Assembly (NCBI GenBank): GCA_035084275.1
Contig: CM068756.1
Location: 9,610,001 to 9,674,000 of the forward strand
Direction of reading: 5' to 3'
DNA from: Hydrolagus colliei
Lineage: Eukaryota
DNA: 64,000 bases
Shown: piece after piece, positions 37,293-51,474 of the stretch
How positions within the stretch are numbered: position 1 is the first letter of the stretch
Layout: each line of letters starts with the position of its first letter
Translations under genes and position numbers: made by a program
The notes under the pieces: generated by a model
Seen by the model: only the letters and a program-made list of their open reading frames with translations
Database searches by the model: none
What the model was told of the DNA's origin: nothing

Positions 37293-39229
37293 AAGGGTTA
37301 ATGTTAACATTTTGAAATGATTCAAGAATATTTTAATAAAGTCTTTAACACCAGCCCATTACTGATCAAATCACCTATCGTGTTTCAGTATAAAATGCTA
37401 CAATATTCACGCAAACTTGGAAAAACGGGGCACCACAAAGTTTATTCCAAAACCCAAGAGCAACAAAGAAAAATACTTTGCGAATGAAAACTTACCTAGA
37501 CTGAACACAAAACCATGTTGTGTGAGAAATTGGTGCATCACCAGCCTCAATGAGACATTAAACTAATTGAAAACAGGAAGTAAAGACCTGTCAAACACAG
37601 CCCTGATTTGTACCTAGACGAATGAAACTGCGCTGATGAAACGCATTCTATTCAAAGACTTCAGGCACAGAAAATTAACCTTAGACTGACTGAATTATTC
37701 TATATAAGTTATGTGGAGCTAGTTAAAACCAGCTGCTTAACTCTCAGCGGTATATAATGTATCCAATAATGGATGGCTAGATGCGAGTGACAAGGGAGTT
37801 ACATTTTAAGGGCTTTAGATGATGTTATGAACTCAAGCAGGTGAAGCCATCTGAACCCAAAGATCTATGAACTGTGTCTCAAATACACTCTTTGACGTTT
37901 GCCATTTGTTGGTTAAATATAACAATGTAGTTTTTCATTGCTTTCAAAAAAAAGGGCTGTCACTGACATGGTTAAATTAATAGGGTTGACCAAGGTGTTT
38001 AGTTGTGAAGAAAGTAAAATATATTAACTAACTTGTAAGATCTTCTGAACTTGGCCAGCAAGAGAAAATGTAATGGATTGAACTTCAAAGCTTCTTTTGT
38101 GAGAATTTTTGTTGTGTTGTTGATTTAATATTTTAGACAATTGTTACAGCAACATGATATTGCGTTGTATTTATACCAAGAACATGTCCGATTCTTTTAC
38201 CAAACTACATAATTTCCTTAAACCTAAAATACACAAAGCAGAATATTAATACAGTTTATGCTCCAATAGGGTACTTTCTGGTTCACAATCATTTCTAATC
38301 AGGATTTAACATGGATATTTAATTGTGTATTTTTGGCATGTCACTTAGTTGGGGAATTTCTGATGCATTTGCAATCTAGCTGGGGATTAGAATAATGATA
38401 TAAGAAAAAAATCCCATTCAAGTTCATCTTAAAATGTTGTTCGTAAAATATTGTATTTAACATTTGGGGTTGTTAACATTGAAGGATATTCGGTGAACAA
38501 GGGGTTAAATGTGCCAAGAGAAAACCATTTACAAAATAAAGTAAAAGTGTTTGGCATTCAACATTATTTATGATATTAAGAAAAGCCTTGAAACAGGAAA
38601 AGGTTGGTGTGCTAATAACATTAGTCTGAAGTGGAGTCCAGGAGGACCAGTATTAAATAAAGTGACAATCAATAGCTCTTTTATTAGTGGGTACAATCAA
38701 TGTATAGTTGACAGACTGAGCCAATTAAGGTTATCAAATGTCTGAAGACAAGCAGGAAACATTCTTTCCGAGTTTTGTTTTCTTTCATGAGGTGCAAAAC
38801 AAGTTTCACTTTTTATCACTTGCTTCCCACAGCTTCATCTGAATGAGTCAGAGTAGGAATGAAGCAATGACAGAAAGCAGGCTCATGCTATCTCATCTGT
38901 CCGTAACCCTGGGTCAGAGAAAGAATGGATACAGGCAAAATAATGGGGCCACAATCCTTCCAACATCATCACAATTTCCATCAATACAACTGTCGAACTG
39001 GATCCCGCTACAATCTAACTTGTGAACATGTTGCCTATTGTTTTCAAGGGATGCATATAACCTGCATTCCAGTTAACCTCTTAAGCATGGTTAAAGTATC
39101 GTGGAAGTTTGCAATAACATGTAGTGCCATATAATTAATGTGACTAAATGTAGGTTATGATTTGTCCGGGTATTATCTATGAGAATTATATTCAATTTTA
39201 TTTAAATTCTTGCTGAATTAGTCCAATAA

Positions 39230-39328
39230 AGTGGAATAAGAGAGGTTGGTGTTTGTATGGAGTATGCACATTGACACAGACTGGTTGGTGCAAATGGCCT
39301 GGTTCCCTGCCACTGTATTCTATGTTTT
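39230..39328 (+). mobile_element. CR1 3' UTR remnant
   Basis: gtatggagtatgcacattgacacagactggttggtgcaaatggcctggttccctgc...ttctatg. Confidence 0.5.
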
Positions 39329-39962
39329 ATTGGAGAGAACCGGTGATGTAGTTTTAGGATGAATTCCTGATAAATAGTCTTTAAATTAGTACACTTATTT
39401 AAACAAGGGTACTCTTCTCTCGATATGCAGTGACGAGTATGTGAAGCATTTTACCATGTTCAAATTGAATCCAGTATTCAAAGTCAAAGGGAAGATGAAA
39501 TGAATCAATGTGGGTCCTAGAACATTTTCTGTTCCCTTCAGGTTGTGTAAAACAGAAATCCTTTTTGTTATGTGGATTAGACTGCCGACTGTGTTCATTG
39601 TGCTTAATCCCCAAAGAGAACAGAGATTCTGTTATGAAGCATTTCACAAACAATTGGAAAGCTTTCAGGCTATGGATCATGAAGTCTAACTAAAAGCAGT
39701 AATGCTTCAAGCCTTGATCTTATTTTCATGTTCTTGAATAGAAAAATAAATATCAAATGTGACAGTAATGTTAAGTTTATACTGCAGGTTTAAGGTGAAT
39801 CATTATGATTTGCTGTCTGATGTACAGCATAAATGAAGGTTGAGCTAATACAAATAGTGCTGGAGCCCCACTCCTGATTACAACCACAACAAGACATGAT
39901 TCGAGAGCTGTGCTGTTTGCATCAACTGCATTATAAACGCAGCAAATGGAAATCAAATTTGA

Positions 39963-40100
39963 TGTCAGCTTGGCTCAGTTGATAGCAATCTTGTCTCTCA
40001 GTCAGAGGATCGTGGGCTCAAGCCCCATTTCAAGATTTTGAATACACAGTCTAAGCTAAGCCTCCAGTGCAAATCTTGGGGGACTTCCATGTTGTTGGCT
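39963..40100 (+). mobile_element. DeuSINE tRNA head fragment
   Basis: tgtcagcttggctcagttgatagcaatcttgtctctcagtcagaggatcgtgggctcaagcccca. Confidence 0.75.
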
Positions 40101-40404
40101 CATCCAGCTAAGACCACACTAAACATTTTCACTTTGGCATGTAAGGTTACAGAAACTGCATGCGACAAATTATTTTTCCTTCACCTGTCTATCATCCTTT
40201 TCAAGTCTTGCTGATGAGCCAGGCTGGCTGGTCTGTTATATGAATGCCCTGGAATACTGTGATATCTGGCTCAGGAACGACTGAGATAACCACAAAGGAT
40301 TGACTCAATTCCAACGTTTCTTTGCCAAGTAAGTCACCTGGGAGCCAGCTCAACTCCAAGGAGACTCTACCTCCCTCCCTCCAAGGAGGATAGTGTTTGG
40401 GTGG

Positions 40405-40480
40405 ATACTTTACAGTAAATCCTGTGAAGTGCTTTATGATACCCTTGACCTGAAGATGTTGTAACAAGGATTATTATTTT
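40405..40480 (+). mobile_element. SINE tail fragment
   Basis: actttacagtaaatcctgtgaagtgcttt...caaggattattatt. Confidence 0.55.
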
Positions 40481-40889
40481 CATCGTTTTAGTCTCACTCC
40501 TTCTGGGGCAGATTCATTGAACTGACGTGAACTAAGAAGGACTTTAAATCAAATTTGACTTTAATTTAATTATGTAACCCAGGCCAACAGGACAGGATAC
40601 TGTATGTTAATGGGTCGGTTTCACGCGATACTCTGTGATCCACTTTTAATAATATTCCAGTTATAGTAAAATATTTATCTTTTATCTATTCATCATTGCA
40701 GTATTTCCACCCTTTAGAGACCTGCACAGCTGGAAAATAATGTTGACATTGCTCTTTCCATTCCATTTAGAACTATTTTCCAAAAGCTCTGATCTGTCAA
40801 GGGAAACAAGTAAATTGAGCACACAATTGAGTGTTGAATCACTGATAAGATTTCAAATGCATTTTAATTCATATATTATTTAATATTTT

Positions 40890-41097
40890 AAGAATGAAGT
40901 TTCTCATAGTGTCCTTAGCAACAATCCCCCAAATAAAGAAAATTACATGCCTGTTTGTGGGAAATTGCTGTGTTTATATTGGCTGCCTTTGCTAAAAAAA
41001 TACACACAGCCACATCAGTTTACTGTATATCCTGTGAAGCACTGCATAATATCTTGAGGGTGTGATAAAGTGGTAAATCAACTGCAATTGTTATTTT
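40890..41097 (+). mobile_element. DeuSINE 3' half
   Basis: tgtttgtgggaaattgctgtg...attggctgcc...tgtgaagcact...gtgataaag...atcaactgcaa. Confidence 0.65.
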
Positions 41098-42052
41098 AAT
41101 ACAGTGTTGTTCTTTATTATATTCCGACAAAGAATGCACATCCATTCCATGCAGCAAGATTGCTGTTCACAACAAAGGGGACAAAAATTTCAGTGGCAAA
41201 GGTTCAGCATTGAACTATTGATTGAACTGCACAACAATGTTACCGGGTTCCACAAAGTAACCTAGATGGCCTCCAACCATTGACCTTTTTATGTCTATCA
41301 TATTTTTGCCACCGATCCCATTCTACCTAAGCCTAGTACTATAGTTTTCACAGTTCGATCATGGGACAAATCCCCCAAAAGAGCTTAACTATAAAACTAA
41401 TAAAATATGTGTGAATCCCAGTGGATAAAAGTATTTTTTTCCCCCTCTAGGGCAAAGATGCATAAGAGACTTTTTGGAATTAAATCAGCAATAAACCTCC
41501 CAATTTACACCAAAAGTGGTAATGTGGGTGTTGTAATCTTCCAGTATAGCAGTAAATCTGCCAGTCGTAAATTGAGTCATCCAATCAAATGCCGTCCAAT
41601 GTTGGAAACAAATCAGTTTAATGAGCTAGAAATTAGTCATTTGACCTCTATAAAAGAGATGGACTTTTTTTTCGACTGGCATTAAGGTGTGGCAGTAGGA
41701 GAGGGGAATAAAATCCTAAAAATAACTAATTGGTAATCAGAAACATATTAGGTTGCGTATAACACCTAGATCCACACAAAAAGTGTTTCACTTGTGGTAT
41801 CCGTAAAGCAGAGTCATTGCAAATTACGAATCTAAAATCTACAAACTCTGCCTAAAGCCATCGACTTAAAACAGTGTTTGAGCTCTGGGAGAAATGGGTG
41901 GAAGAGAGGAGTGAGTGAACAAGCGAAGTCATTCTGTAACCCTGTAGAAAGGCTGAAAACTTGCTGATGCATTCATTGCTCCAAGCCAAGACCTGTCCTG
42001 ATGATCAGATACCCACAAGTTTGTGAAAGCTGCACCATGACTGTAAGAACTA

Positions 42053-42420
42053 TGTCAGCTGGCTAAGTTGATAGCACTCATGTCTTTTGAGCTACAAGGT
42101 TGGGCAAGGGGTGTCTGTCAAGGCGTTCCATATTTTGGATGAGACATTGAATTGAGATCCTGTGCGACTGTTCAGGTGGATGTTAAATGGCACTGTTTGA
42201 TAAAAGAAAAAGGATTTTGAAATGGCACTGTTTCTCCTGGCTGTGCCCCAGATAAAATTGTTTATTCACCTCACAGCTCTTTGGAGGACCTTGCTGGCTC
42301 AACTTGGCTGCTATTTTTATCCACAAAAATACACAATCACTGTAAGTTTGCTGTAAAATCCTACGAGGCGCTTTGAGGTGTCTTTCCAACATGGAAGGCC
42401 CTACATCACATGCAAAGACA
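42053..42420 (+). mobile_element. Old DeuSINE (SacSINE1-like)
   Basis: tgtcagctggctaagttgatagcactc head; ttcaggtggatgttaaatggcactgttt; ttggctgc; gcgctttgaggtg...tgcaaag tail. Confidence 0.75.
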
Positions 42421-45129
42421 ATTTGTTTTACTAATATTCACCGCTTTGTGATTGAACTATAGGAGCCTGTGACTGGCTGGGGGTTCCTTGCCCAGTTGGC
42501 AATAGCTAGCAGTAGCTAGCTTCTCCTCTCGAATATTAATAGCAACATCCAACTCTGATGTTAATGGTCTGGAAACATCACAAAACAGATCTGGGGGTTT
42601 TGAACCAAAAGCAATAGTGGCAGTGAATGGGGGGGAACTCCCAAGGAATTATGTTTTTTGCTGCTGCATTTATTTTAAATAGAAGGCTGAATAACTCGTG
42701 TAATATGATTTTTATTTCCACTCATGTGGCCGATCATAATTCACTCACAATTTTGATTTTCATCAATTGTACAGTCAGCTTTCATTGTGGAAATAAGAAC
42801 CATATTCCACCCCCCCAACCAAAACAAGCATTACATGTGGAGGCAGTCAGTCTCCTATATAGGATATACTAGCATTAGGTGGCATGTGAAATACTTCATC
42901 ATTTATGGAGCTTTTAACAGAGTTGTGATGTACTGTGGAGTACATTTTATTCACTGTGCAGCTCAGACAGTTCATATTTTTGCTGCCATGGGCTTTTGAA
43001 AAGTAATGTGTTGCCTTTGATTTGCACTTTGGCTTAAATTGGAATAGAAAATCTGACAGCAAATAATCATTCATTCCGTCATACATTTTAAACGCAAACC
43101 GAAGCCCCCAAAAGCTTACATACACATTAGATTGTGCCAGGTCTTCAGTGCAAAGGAAAACAAAGTCAAAGTCTCACACTGAATATTGATTTATGTGTAG
43201 TATTTCCTCTGTAAACTTTTAAAAAATGATCTTGTCATAGAAAACGGACAGAGGGACACTCCATTAGTAGTATGATGGCTGCAAAAATTCTAACATTTAA
43301 TTAAAATAAAGCAATAAAAAATAATTAGTGTAGTATGACATGACAAACAGAAGGTTTGAGTTGAGAGTTAACAGAAGTGTTTTAAATGAAGTAATATGTA
43401 CAAAGGATATATTTAGGCACATGTGGCTTGCATTTGCAGGAGGTCGTCAGAGGACCCATAGTGTCTGTGCACTAAATAAGTTGCAGAGGGCTCAACAATT
43501 TAACTGTCATCAGTATAAATGCCCTAACTGGCAGTGTAATGTAGAGCTTTAAGTCTCTTTGTAAATCTACATAAGCTCTTGGACCAGCTCACAACTGGAG
43601 CTGATTTACCTGAAGATGAAAGGAGGCAGGTCAAGTCATTTAAACCAAGAATTATTACTGTGAAAAAATGATGAGGTACAATTGCCTGTTTATTTTACAG
43701 TTTGAGATTCGTGCACATTAAAAATTAATCTCTTTTCTTAGGTCCACCTTTTATAAATGCACATGTCCGGGCTCGCAAACACCATTGTAAATAGTTATGT
43801 TTGTTAAAGCTGCCAACTTTATAGATCTCATCATTGTGTGCTGTTGCTGCTAGCAAACCCTTAAACTCTTCATGAAGCTTTCAGAACAATTTATGCAAAC
43901 AAACATCAAGCAGGGCCATTTGTATTGGCTGCGTTTTATGCTTAACAACCTACAACAGGGAACAGATGCTCCAAGTTCTGTAATCAGCTACAGAGGGAAG
44001 AGTTAGTCAGCCGCTCAGCTCGCAGTGTTTGTGAGTCCACAATAACGTTGCATTATTGCATTGATAAAGATGAATCCATGGGCTTTCAGGTCTTACATAC
44101 CCATATAAATTCCTAAAGAGGCAAAGAAAATTACGATATGTGAATACGATATTGTTAAAGTATTCACATGTCTATATAAAGGAGACATTAGATATTTTAT
44201 ATGGAGGTACTATATGACCTTGGAGAAATTATCTTTTCTGTCTTTTAAAGACAAATATAATCCATTGGGTATCAGGTTGGCATGCATGGTCCTATATACT
44301 ATAAGAACATATTTGCCATAACAAGGTCAGTTAATATATCAAAACTTATCAAGGTTACAATGCAAGATGAGTTATGACATAGGGACATGTCTGATCGGTT
44401 AGGAAGATGGAATACTAGTGGAGAGGTTCAACTAGCCTGGGCCAAACATACATTACTTGCCATAAACTGTATCAGACAAAAGGACTCTATTCTGTTTTCA
44501 AAATGAGTGACCAGGAACCATTCTAGGAATCTTCTGCACAGAATTTGGGAGCTAAGACTTCAGAAATGTTGTTTTCACTTGAGTTGGATTGGTGAGGGCA
44601 GCTTTCTTTTGTTCTTTGAACTTCAACAATGCAATTATTGGGCAGGCAATCCAAACTAAAAGGCCTTGGTCGCCCCAGGGTTGGCAATAGTGGATTTACT
44701 ACTGGTTACCTTACTAATCTTTTCATCTTTACAAATGGATTTAAGTCAAATTTTTGACCTTCACTGGTATGCAGCGCATGTTCTAATTTGTTCATGCAAG
44801 TTATAAACAGTTAATGGGGGGATTGAGGAGAGTAAGAAGCTCAATCTTTTAAAAATAATAAATATATATATACACACACACACGCATAGGTATCACACAT
44901 GGCTGAATTTCTATCCCATTGAACACAGGACTTCTGACTGCAATCTTGACTGCAATGGTCTCACACTCTGGATTTATCTACTGTGGCAGGAACAAGGCCG
45001 GTAGGAACTGGGTCTCATCTGCACTCTTCAAATCACTGCTGTGAGAAAAGGCTAATTGGGTTGAAGGTCAGTTTTACCATTGACCTTCCCCTTCATCACC
45101 TGGCAGGCCCCTTCTCTGGCCCCTGCTGG

Positions 45130-45287
45130 TCATTCTATACTGTCAAAGATAGGGAGAAATTGTATTCCTGCCAATATATTTAGCCCACCAAAACATACAG
45201 TCAATTCACTTGCAGTATATTCTGTGAAGTGCTTCGAGAAGATGTGATAAGGCACTGTATCAAATGCAGACTTATTACATTATTATA
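45130..45287 (+). mobile_element. Young SINE 3' fragment
   Basis: acagtcaattcacttgcagtatattctgtgaagtgcttcgagaagatgtgataaggcactgtatcaaatgca. Confidence 0.75.
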
Positions 45288-47106
45288 TCACTTATTTACT
45301 ACAACTGGCCAGGCACAAACTAAAGATACCACCATTGCCAGCAATACTCCAATCGACCAATATTTAGAAAATTATACCTGTAATTAAACATTACAGAACA
45401 TATGGCCTAAGCATCTAATATATAAAATATACTTGTGAACTTTTTAAAAAAAGATTTTTAGATCTGATGGTGGCACAATCGTTTAAGCTTAAATTGGAAT
45501 CCTGATTTTCTCAGATCACATCCATTTAATTTCACAATTGCACACAGTTCCTCAAACCTAAAAAGTTGAAAGTTAATTCATGAGGTGCTGGTATATTCTG
45601 TTATTAAAAACTTTCTGAACATTCATATCTCTTTCTTGAGTTGAGCTGTACTTTTACCTACTCCTCAGACCCATGATATAAATTTTAAAAGCACATATTA
45701 ACCAAAAGATTTGCTTTCCTGTTCACTATTATATCATTAACTGTCGGGTACAAATCATTCATTGAATGCCAATTGTGCTATGCATTAGCTCTACTCATTG
45801 CACAAATAATCACATCATCCAACAACGCAGCAAGGACTATACACAAAAGATTTGTTCTCCCTATGGGTGTGATAAACAATTCCTCATTACTCTCATTTTT
45901 CATCACTTTGCTTGGGGTACACTAACTGTACCCTAAGCAAAGGTCACGGTTAATTAAACAAAACTACTACAAAAATCAAAGTAGGATAAATAAAATCTAT
46001 GATGAAGAGCTTATGACTTTTATTTTACAAATTAGGCAAATTGTCAGAACTTAATTGGAACTTATACGCTAAGTATTAACCTAGGTAAAACATTATTATT
46101 ATTTTCATGCGATAAGGTAGTATTTCAGTTAATAGAAATAGGTGCATTTGATATAGCACCTTATCATGTAGATGCAAGGTTCATTGTTATTAATTCAATA
46201 TGTTGAATATTTCAATGCTAAATGTTCGATTGGCCAGTGACCCCCTCACTCTTGACATAGAACTCAAAATATCTATGTGAGAATACAAAACCTTAAACTC
46301 AATCTGCTAACAGTATTGACTTCCTGATGTAAATGAACAATTTCAGCTTGGAGAATATGGCGGGTTCAAATCAGAAGTGTGTGCAACAATTGGCTAAATA
46401 TATCTAGAAATGAAAACACTAGAGTGATAGTTATGTTAATACAGTTGATATGCAATAACACTTTGCAGGTCGTTAGTGTTTTGATGAGCCAATTGGGTAA
46501 TATAGAAAAGAATCGAACCCCTAAGAGTAGGAAACCAAACCTACATGATTTTTTCAGGTTAGTCGGTTGTCTGACATTTTTATGTGTCTGGATTGGAATG
46601 TATACTCTTTCACTGGAGGGACACATACTGCTTACCTAATCCAGAGAGATTTTTGGCTCAGATGGGCACGAGCCAAGACTTAGGGACCAGGAAATGTGCA
46701 TCTGGGAAGGAAACTCACTGGCAAGCTTTCTGCTCCTTGACCAGCTTAGTAGCGTTTGGGCTTTAGGTTGGAGGGTTAACAGGAGCTGAATGGGAAGAAT
46801 ATCTGCTCCTAATGACCAGTTGGCTTCTCCAAGTTCTGCTGATAAACCAGTCTGTCGTCAGCCCTGGAGTTCCACAGATCCATCTGGCTCAGAAACTGGA
46901 CTAACAAGATCACCACAGACTTGATTCCAACATTCACCAAAACCCTGGATGGGCTAATACTCAAGGCACTAACGGTAACCTCTGATTTCAGTAGCAAACG
47001 TGGTCACTTTTCTAAATCTTCAAGCAATATATCAGTACTTTAGTACCAAAGCCACAGATTTTGAAAATGCCATTCTTCCCAGAATTTTTTGAAGTGGATA
47101 GTATAT

Positions 47107-47497
47107 TCAGCCTGGCTCAGTCTTGCCTCTGGGTCAGAAGGATATGTGTTAAAACCCGATGCTGGGCCTTGCAAATCATATATGTTGACCCTCCAATGTG
47201 GTGCTGGGAGAATTGCAACATTGTCAGAGGGGCCATCCTTTGTATAAGATGTTAAACTGAAGTCCTGTCTGCTTGTTCATCTGAATGTTAAAGATCCCTT
47301 GGCACTATTCAAAAAGAGAAAGCAGTTTCTCCTCATGTACTGGCCAACAATTCCCCAAATAAAATTTGTCATTCACTCCATGGCTGTGCAAAAATTGGCT
47401 GGGGCATTGGCCCACAAACACACAGTCAGTACACTTTACAAGACATCCTGTGAAGACTTTGAGACATCTTAACAAAATGATCACGCACTTTATCAAA
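47107..47497 (+). mobile_element. Near full-length old DeuSINE (SacSINE1-like)
   Basis: tcagcctggctcagtcttgcctctgggtcagaagg head; ttgtcagaggggccatcc; aaagatcccttggcactattc; ctgtgcaaaaattggct; tail. Confidence 0.8.
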
Positions 47498-47856
47498 CGC
47501 GTGGAATTTCATTTATTTTCATTGGAAATTTTTTACTTGAAACGAGCATAAATAGATTAAACCAGACAAAACATATTTGGAGAGTTAAGCAATATAATAT
47601 TGTGTGGGTTTGTATGCTTGCATATGGAATTATACTTTGCTTATTAAATGTTTGAAATGTAATCTTCGTAGAGGGGAATTTCACTTCAGCTAAATGAAAT
47701 ATGATATTTATGGACTTTCAGTTTAATTTTAGTCTGTAATTGTGGGAAACAATGTTCCACATATGTTATTTTCAGTAATAGTGCAATTTTCTAATACAGT
47801 ACAGAACGATGAAAACATAGGCATCAATTTTAAATGAAAATTTGCTTCAGAGGAAT

Positions 47857-47978
47857 ACAACAACAACAAAACAACAACAAAATTACACTTATATAGTGCC
47901 TTTCACGTTGGGAGGACGTCCCAAAGCACTGAACAGTCAGGTCGGGACCCAAGCAGGGGTGGAGAGGGTCGGCGAATA
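47857..47978 (-). mobile_element. Severely 5'-truncated L2 (3' UTR + (TTG)n)
   Basis: acaacaacaaaattacacttatatagtgcctttcacgttgggaggacgtcccaaag is nearly identical to 13107-13165. Confidence 0.85.
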
Positions 47979-48451
47979 CTCTTCATTGTACCCCTTTATT
48001 GACACTTTAAGTAATATTGAATAAAAATGTGGAGGTTAGTTGACCTCCCAGATTTTCTGAGCAATTTCTTATAAAGTTCACATAAAGAGTCAAACTCAGT
48101 CAGCTGGAACTCTTCACTTTCCCCAGTCTTTTCCAATGAGTCAGATGAGCACCAACTGTTTGTACAACAAGAACTTGCATTCATATAGGATATGCCTTCA
48201 TGTAGGATAATGTATTGGAGCACGTTATAAAGCCCTGGCTAGATGCCAATGAAGGAAGAGGCAAGAGAGAAAAACTGGAGGTGACCGTAGGCCTGGTTGA
48301 AGAGATTGTACTTCCTATAGTCAACAGAATTTCAAAACCTATGTTTGGCCCAGAAAATCATTATGTTTGGAATGATCTAATCATCCTCTCATTTCAACCT
48401 AGGTTATGTACTACACTTAGCCCTTTAACTTGTTAAACCATTTTTTGTTTT

Positions 48452-49017
48452 GCCCACATATGGAGCTGGAGTACTGTGTTCAATTCTGGTCACCACACTA
48501 TAGAAAGGATGTTAAGGCATTGGAAAGGGTGCAAAGAAGGTTTACTAGAATGGTACCAGGATTGAGGGACTTCAGTTATGAGGAAAGGCTAGATAGGCTA
48601 GGTTTATTCTCTTTAGAACAGAGAAGATTGAGAGAAGACTTAATAGAGGTTTATAAGATCATGAGGGCATTCGACAGGGTGAATAAGGAAAAACTGTTTC
48701 CACTGGTGGGTGAATCTGTGACTCGTGGTCACAGATTTAAAATAGTTTCAAAACGAGGGGAGAGGGGAGCTGAGGAGAATTTTTTTCAATCAGCAGGTTC
48801 TTCGAATCTGAATTGCATTGCCTGAAAAGGTAGTGGAGGCCGATTCGATAACAGCTTTTAAAAGAGAATTAGATCTTTATTTAGGGAGAACAGGTCTGTT
48901 AGGTTATGGGGAGAGAGCTGGGCAGTGGGATTGAGTTCATCTTTTCAAAGAGCCGGCACAGACTTTGATGGGCTGAATGGCCTCCTTTTGTGCCGTAAAA
49001 TTCTATGATTCTATGAT
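48452..49017 (+). mobile_element. 5'-truncated CR1 LINE: ORF2 C-terminus (frameshifted) + 3' UTR + (TTCTATGA)n tail
   Basis: LEYCVQFWSPHYRKDVKALERVQRRFTRMVPGL...LGLFSLEQRRLREDLIEVYKIM...TRGH, then LPEKVVEADSITAFKRELD; ends ttctatgattctatgat. Confidence 0.95.
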
Positions 49018-49021
49018 ATGC

Positions 49022-49134
49022 GATATGCACAGTCATTTCATTTTGAAGTACTGTATATTCCATGAAGCGCTTTGAGACATCTAGAAGCGTGAAAAGCGCT
49101 ATATCAAATGCAAGGATCATTATTATTATTATTA
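49022..49134 (+). mobile_element. Young SINE tail fragment
   Basis: gaagcgctttgagacatctagaagcgtgaaaagcgctatatcaaatgcaaggatc(att)n. Confidence 0.85.
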
Positions 49135-49390
49135 AACCAAGGTTCCGTCTGCCTGTTGGTGGTCTTTCAAGATCCCAGTAACTATTCAAAAAGAAAAGGG
49201 TGTCCCTTCTGGGTCCTATCCAACAATAGCCCAAGAAAATTAGTGATTAATTTCATAGATATTTGTGGGTCGTTGCTGTATGCATATTGGCTGCTGCATT
49301 CTCCCACAAAATACAGTCACCCCACTTCGTAGTACTTTAAGACACCCTCCTGAATTAAAAGACGCTGTATCAAATGCAACAATTATTACC
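49135..49390 (+). mobile_element. Old DeuSINE 3' two-thirds
   Basis: aaaccaaggttccgtctgcctg...aagatcccagtaactattc...tttgtgggtcgttgctgtatgcatattggctgc...gctgtatcaaatgcaa. Confidence 0.7.
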
Positions 49391-50499
49391 TCAGTTTCTC
49401 AAAGGAGGCTTAAAAATTCACTCATGGCATCGTGGGGCTCTTTACTTGATTGCACTACTCATCCAACAAATGAATTCAGAAATAAAGAGATTGCCAATTA
49501 AAATAAGGAACGGGATGCCAAGAAAATTCAAAACTTTGCTTAGTGCAAGTCCAACTACTAGAACTACCAAACCCTACTGTGATTAGTTTACTGAACACCG
49601 ACCAATAACCAAATTGCTGATCTGTGTTCAGTTTCACACTCAGCAGCGAGCTTTACAAGCTAAGAATCTGGAGTGTCATATCAGCTAATTTTCATGGTGG
49701 ATATAACATCTGACTGCCAAGTAATTGCCTCTCATGCTTCACTTCTGGTCTTGGCATTAGGTGCTTCTTGCTTTATGTTTGCTTCTGGCTATAACTACTC
49801 GCAGTGTATCCAGCTCACTTTGTAAACAGAGTTTGACAGTGTCTGTCTAATTTAAATTTCCAAACAAAATGATTACTGGCAGGGAGCAGTGTATAGTCTT
49901 TATAGTCATCAAGGGTACAAGATCCAGTGTACTCAACCGATACTCGGTACAATTGGATTTCTTAAAGCTCTGCCAAATTGAGGGCAGTGGAGGAAAGCAG
50001 GAGAGAGGAGGCTCCCATCAAATGAAATATACTATGTGTGGGAATATTGTCCGGAAAGATGGGGAAAAAGCATCCTGCAAATATTGAGAATCAAGCTCTA
50101 ATTTGGAAATATTGGAATTGGCAGAAAGTGGTAGCAATAACATGCTACCTTCATTTTTAATAAGTGCATCAAAGTTTTGTGACTGAAAATTCTGCATCTG
50201 GCTAATAGAAGATGGCAGTAGGGGCTGATAGAATGAGGGTGAAAAGCTAGGATTTATTAGTAAGGTGATGTGGAATTGATTTTTTGACAGTTTTGAAATA
50301 TAGCTTATGTAGGGCACTGAAGTGAGATCAATAAGGTTCTATACTTAGGTCATCGGGAGATAAATCTATTGCAAAAGAGTAATGTTAAATGCACCACACA
50401 TGTGTGGATCTAATTATTCTACTTCTTAGAAACCATTGCCCTTCTGTAATAAGCAATCCCCCCAAAAAATTACTGAATGATACAAGTCGAACATTTTCC

Positions 50500-50815
50500 T
50501 TTCAAGAAGCAAAGGGAAGGAGGATGATATGAAAATGGAAACAGGTTCAAGGGAAACTAAGACCAGATTAACAGCACAATATTTTTTACAATAAATTGTA
50601 AAACAATCCAGAAATCACAAGAGTAACTTTTGAAAACTTAACGAGCATCCCGAAAGGATGAAAGAAGCAGGATGGATAATCAGCAAAACATATACTGTAC
50701 AAATGTTAAATTTAATTCTTATGGCCTCTATTGCTTTTCGATCCTAAAGTATCTATTTCTAAGTTGTGGTTATTGAAGCAATGTGTTTGATGAGCTGAAT
50801 GGCCTCGTCTTGATG
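50500..50815 (+). mobile_element. Highly degenerate CR1 3' end
   Basis: Weak colinearity with the CR1 3' region, ending gatgagctgaatggcctcgtcttg. Confidence 0.35.
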
Positions 50816-51160
50816 CTTGTTAAGTGATATTTGTATAGCTAATTACCATTAACCATTTGTGTTCAATACACCATCAGTGATGGGCCATTTTGAATTCAGA
50901 GAACCACAATTTGCTTATCCCAGTTGCTCATGCTTTCAAACCTAATAATTCAGTGATTTTAAGAGTTAAATTTCTGTTATCTTACTCCAAGGTACTGGTT
51001 CTTGAGGTTAGCGATGAGATCATGTTCAATAATATTGGTTACTAAATTAAGAGTTGCGAGTCTCAATACTCAAATAGATTGCACTTTATTGAACATTGCA
51101 CTACAGTATATTCATTTTCAAATATCTGTCAAAGGCATTATTGGTACCTAATGCAACATG

Positions 51161-51474
51161 AATAATAATAAATAATCCTTCCATTTGATATAGCGCTTCT
51201 AGACGTCTCAAAGCCCTTCAGACTAAAGTGAATTCTAAATTCACTTACTGCAAAGTGAATTGACCATATATTTGTGGGTGAAATGCAGCCAATTGTGTAC
51301 CACAGTGTCCCATAAACAGTTGTGGATTGAAGTGACCAATTTATTTTATTTTTTTCTTGGGGGATTATTGTCAGGCGTGTGGAATAAGGAAATTTGCTCA
51401 AGGATTTTGCCCTGCTGGGACCCGAACCCAGATCTCTCACTAGGCGAGTGCTCTAACCACTGAGCTACAGGACT
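51161..51474 (-). mobile_element. Full-length young tRNA-derived SINE
   Basis: Minus strand gtcctgTAGCTCAGTGGTTAGAGCactcgcc...ggGTTCGggtCC; colinear with 11134-11457. Confidence 0.9.
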
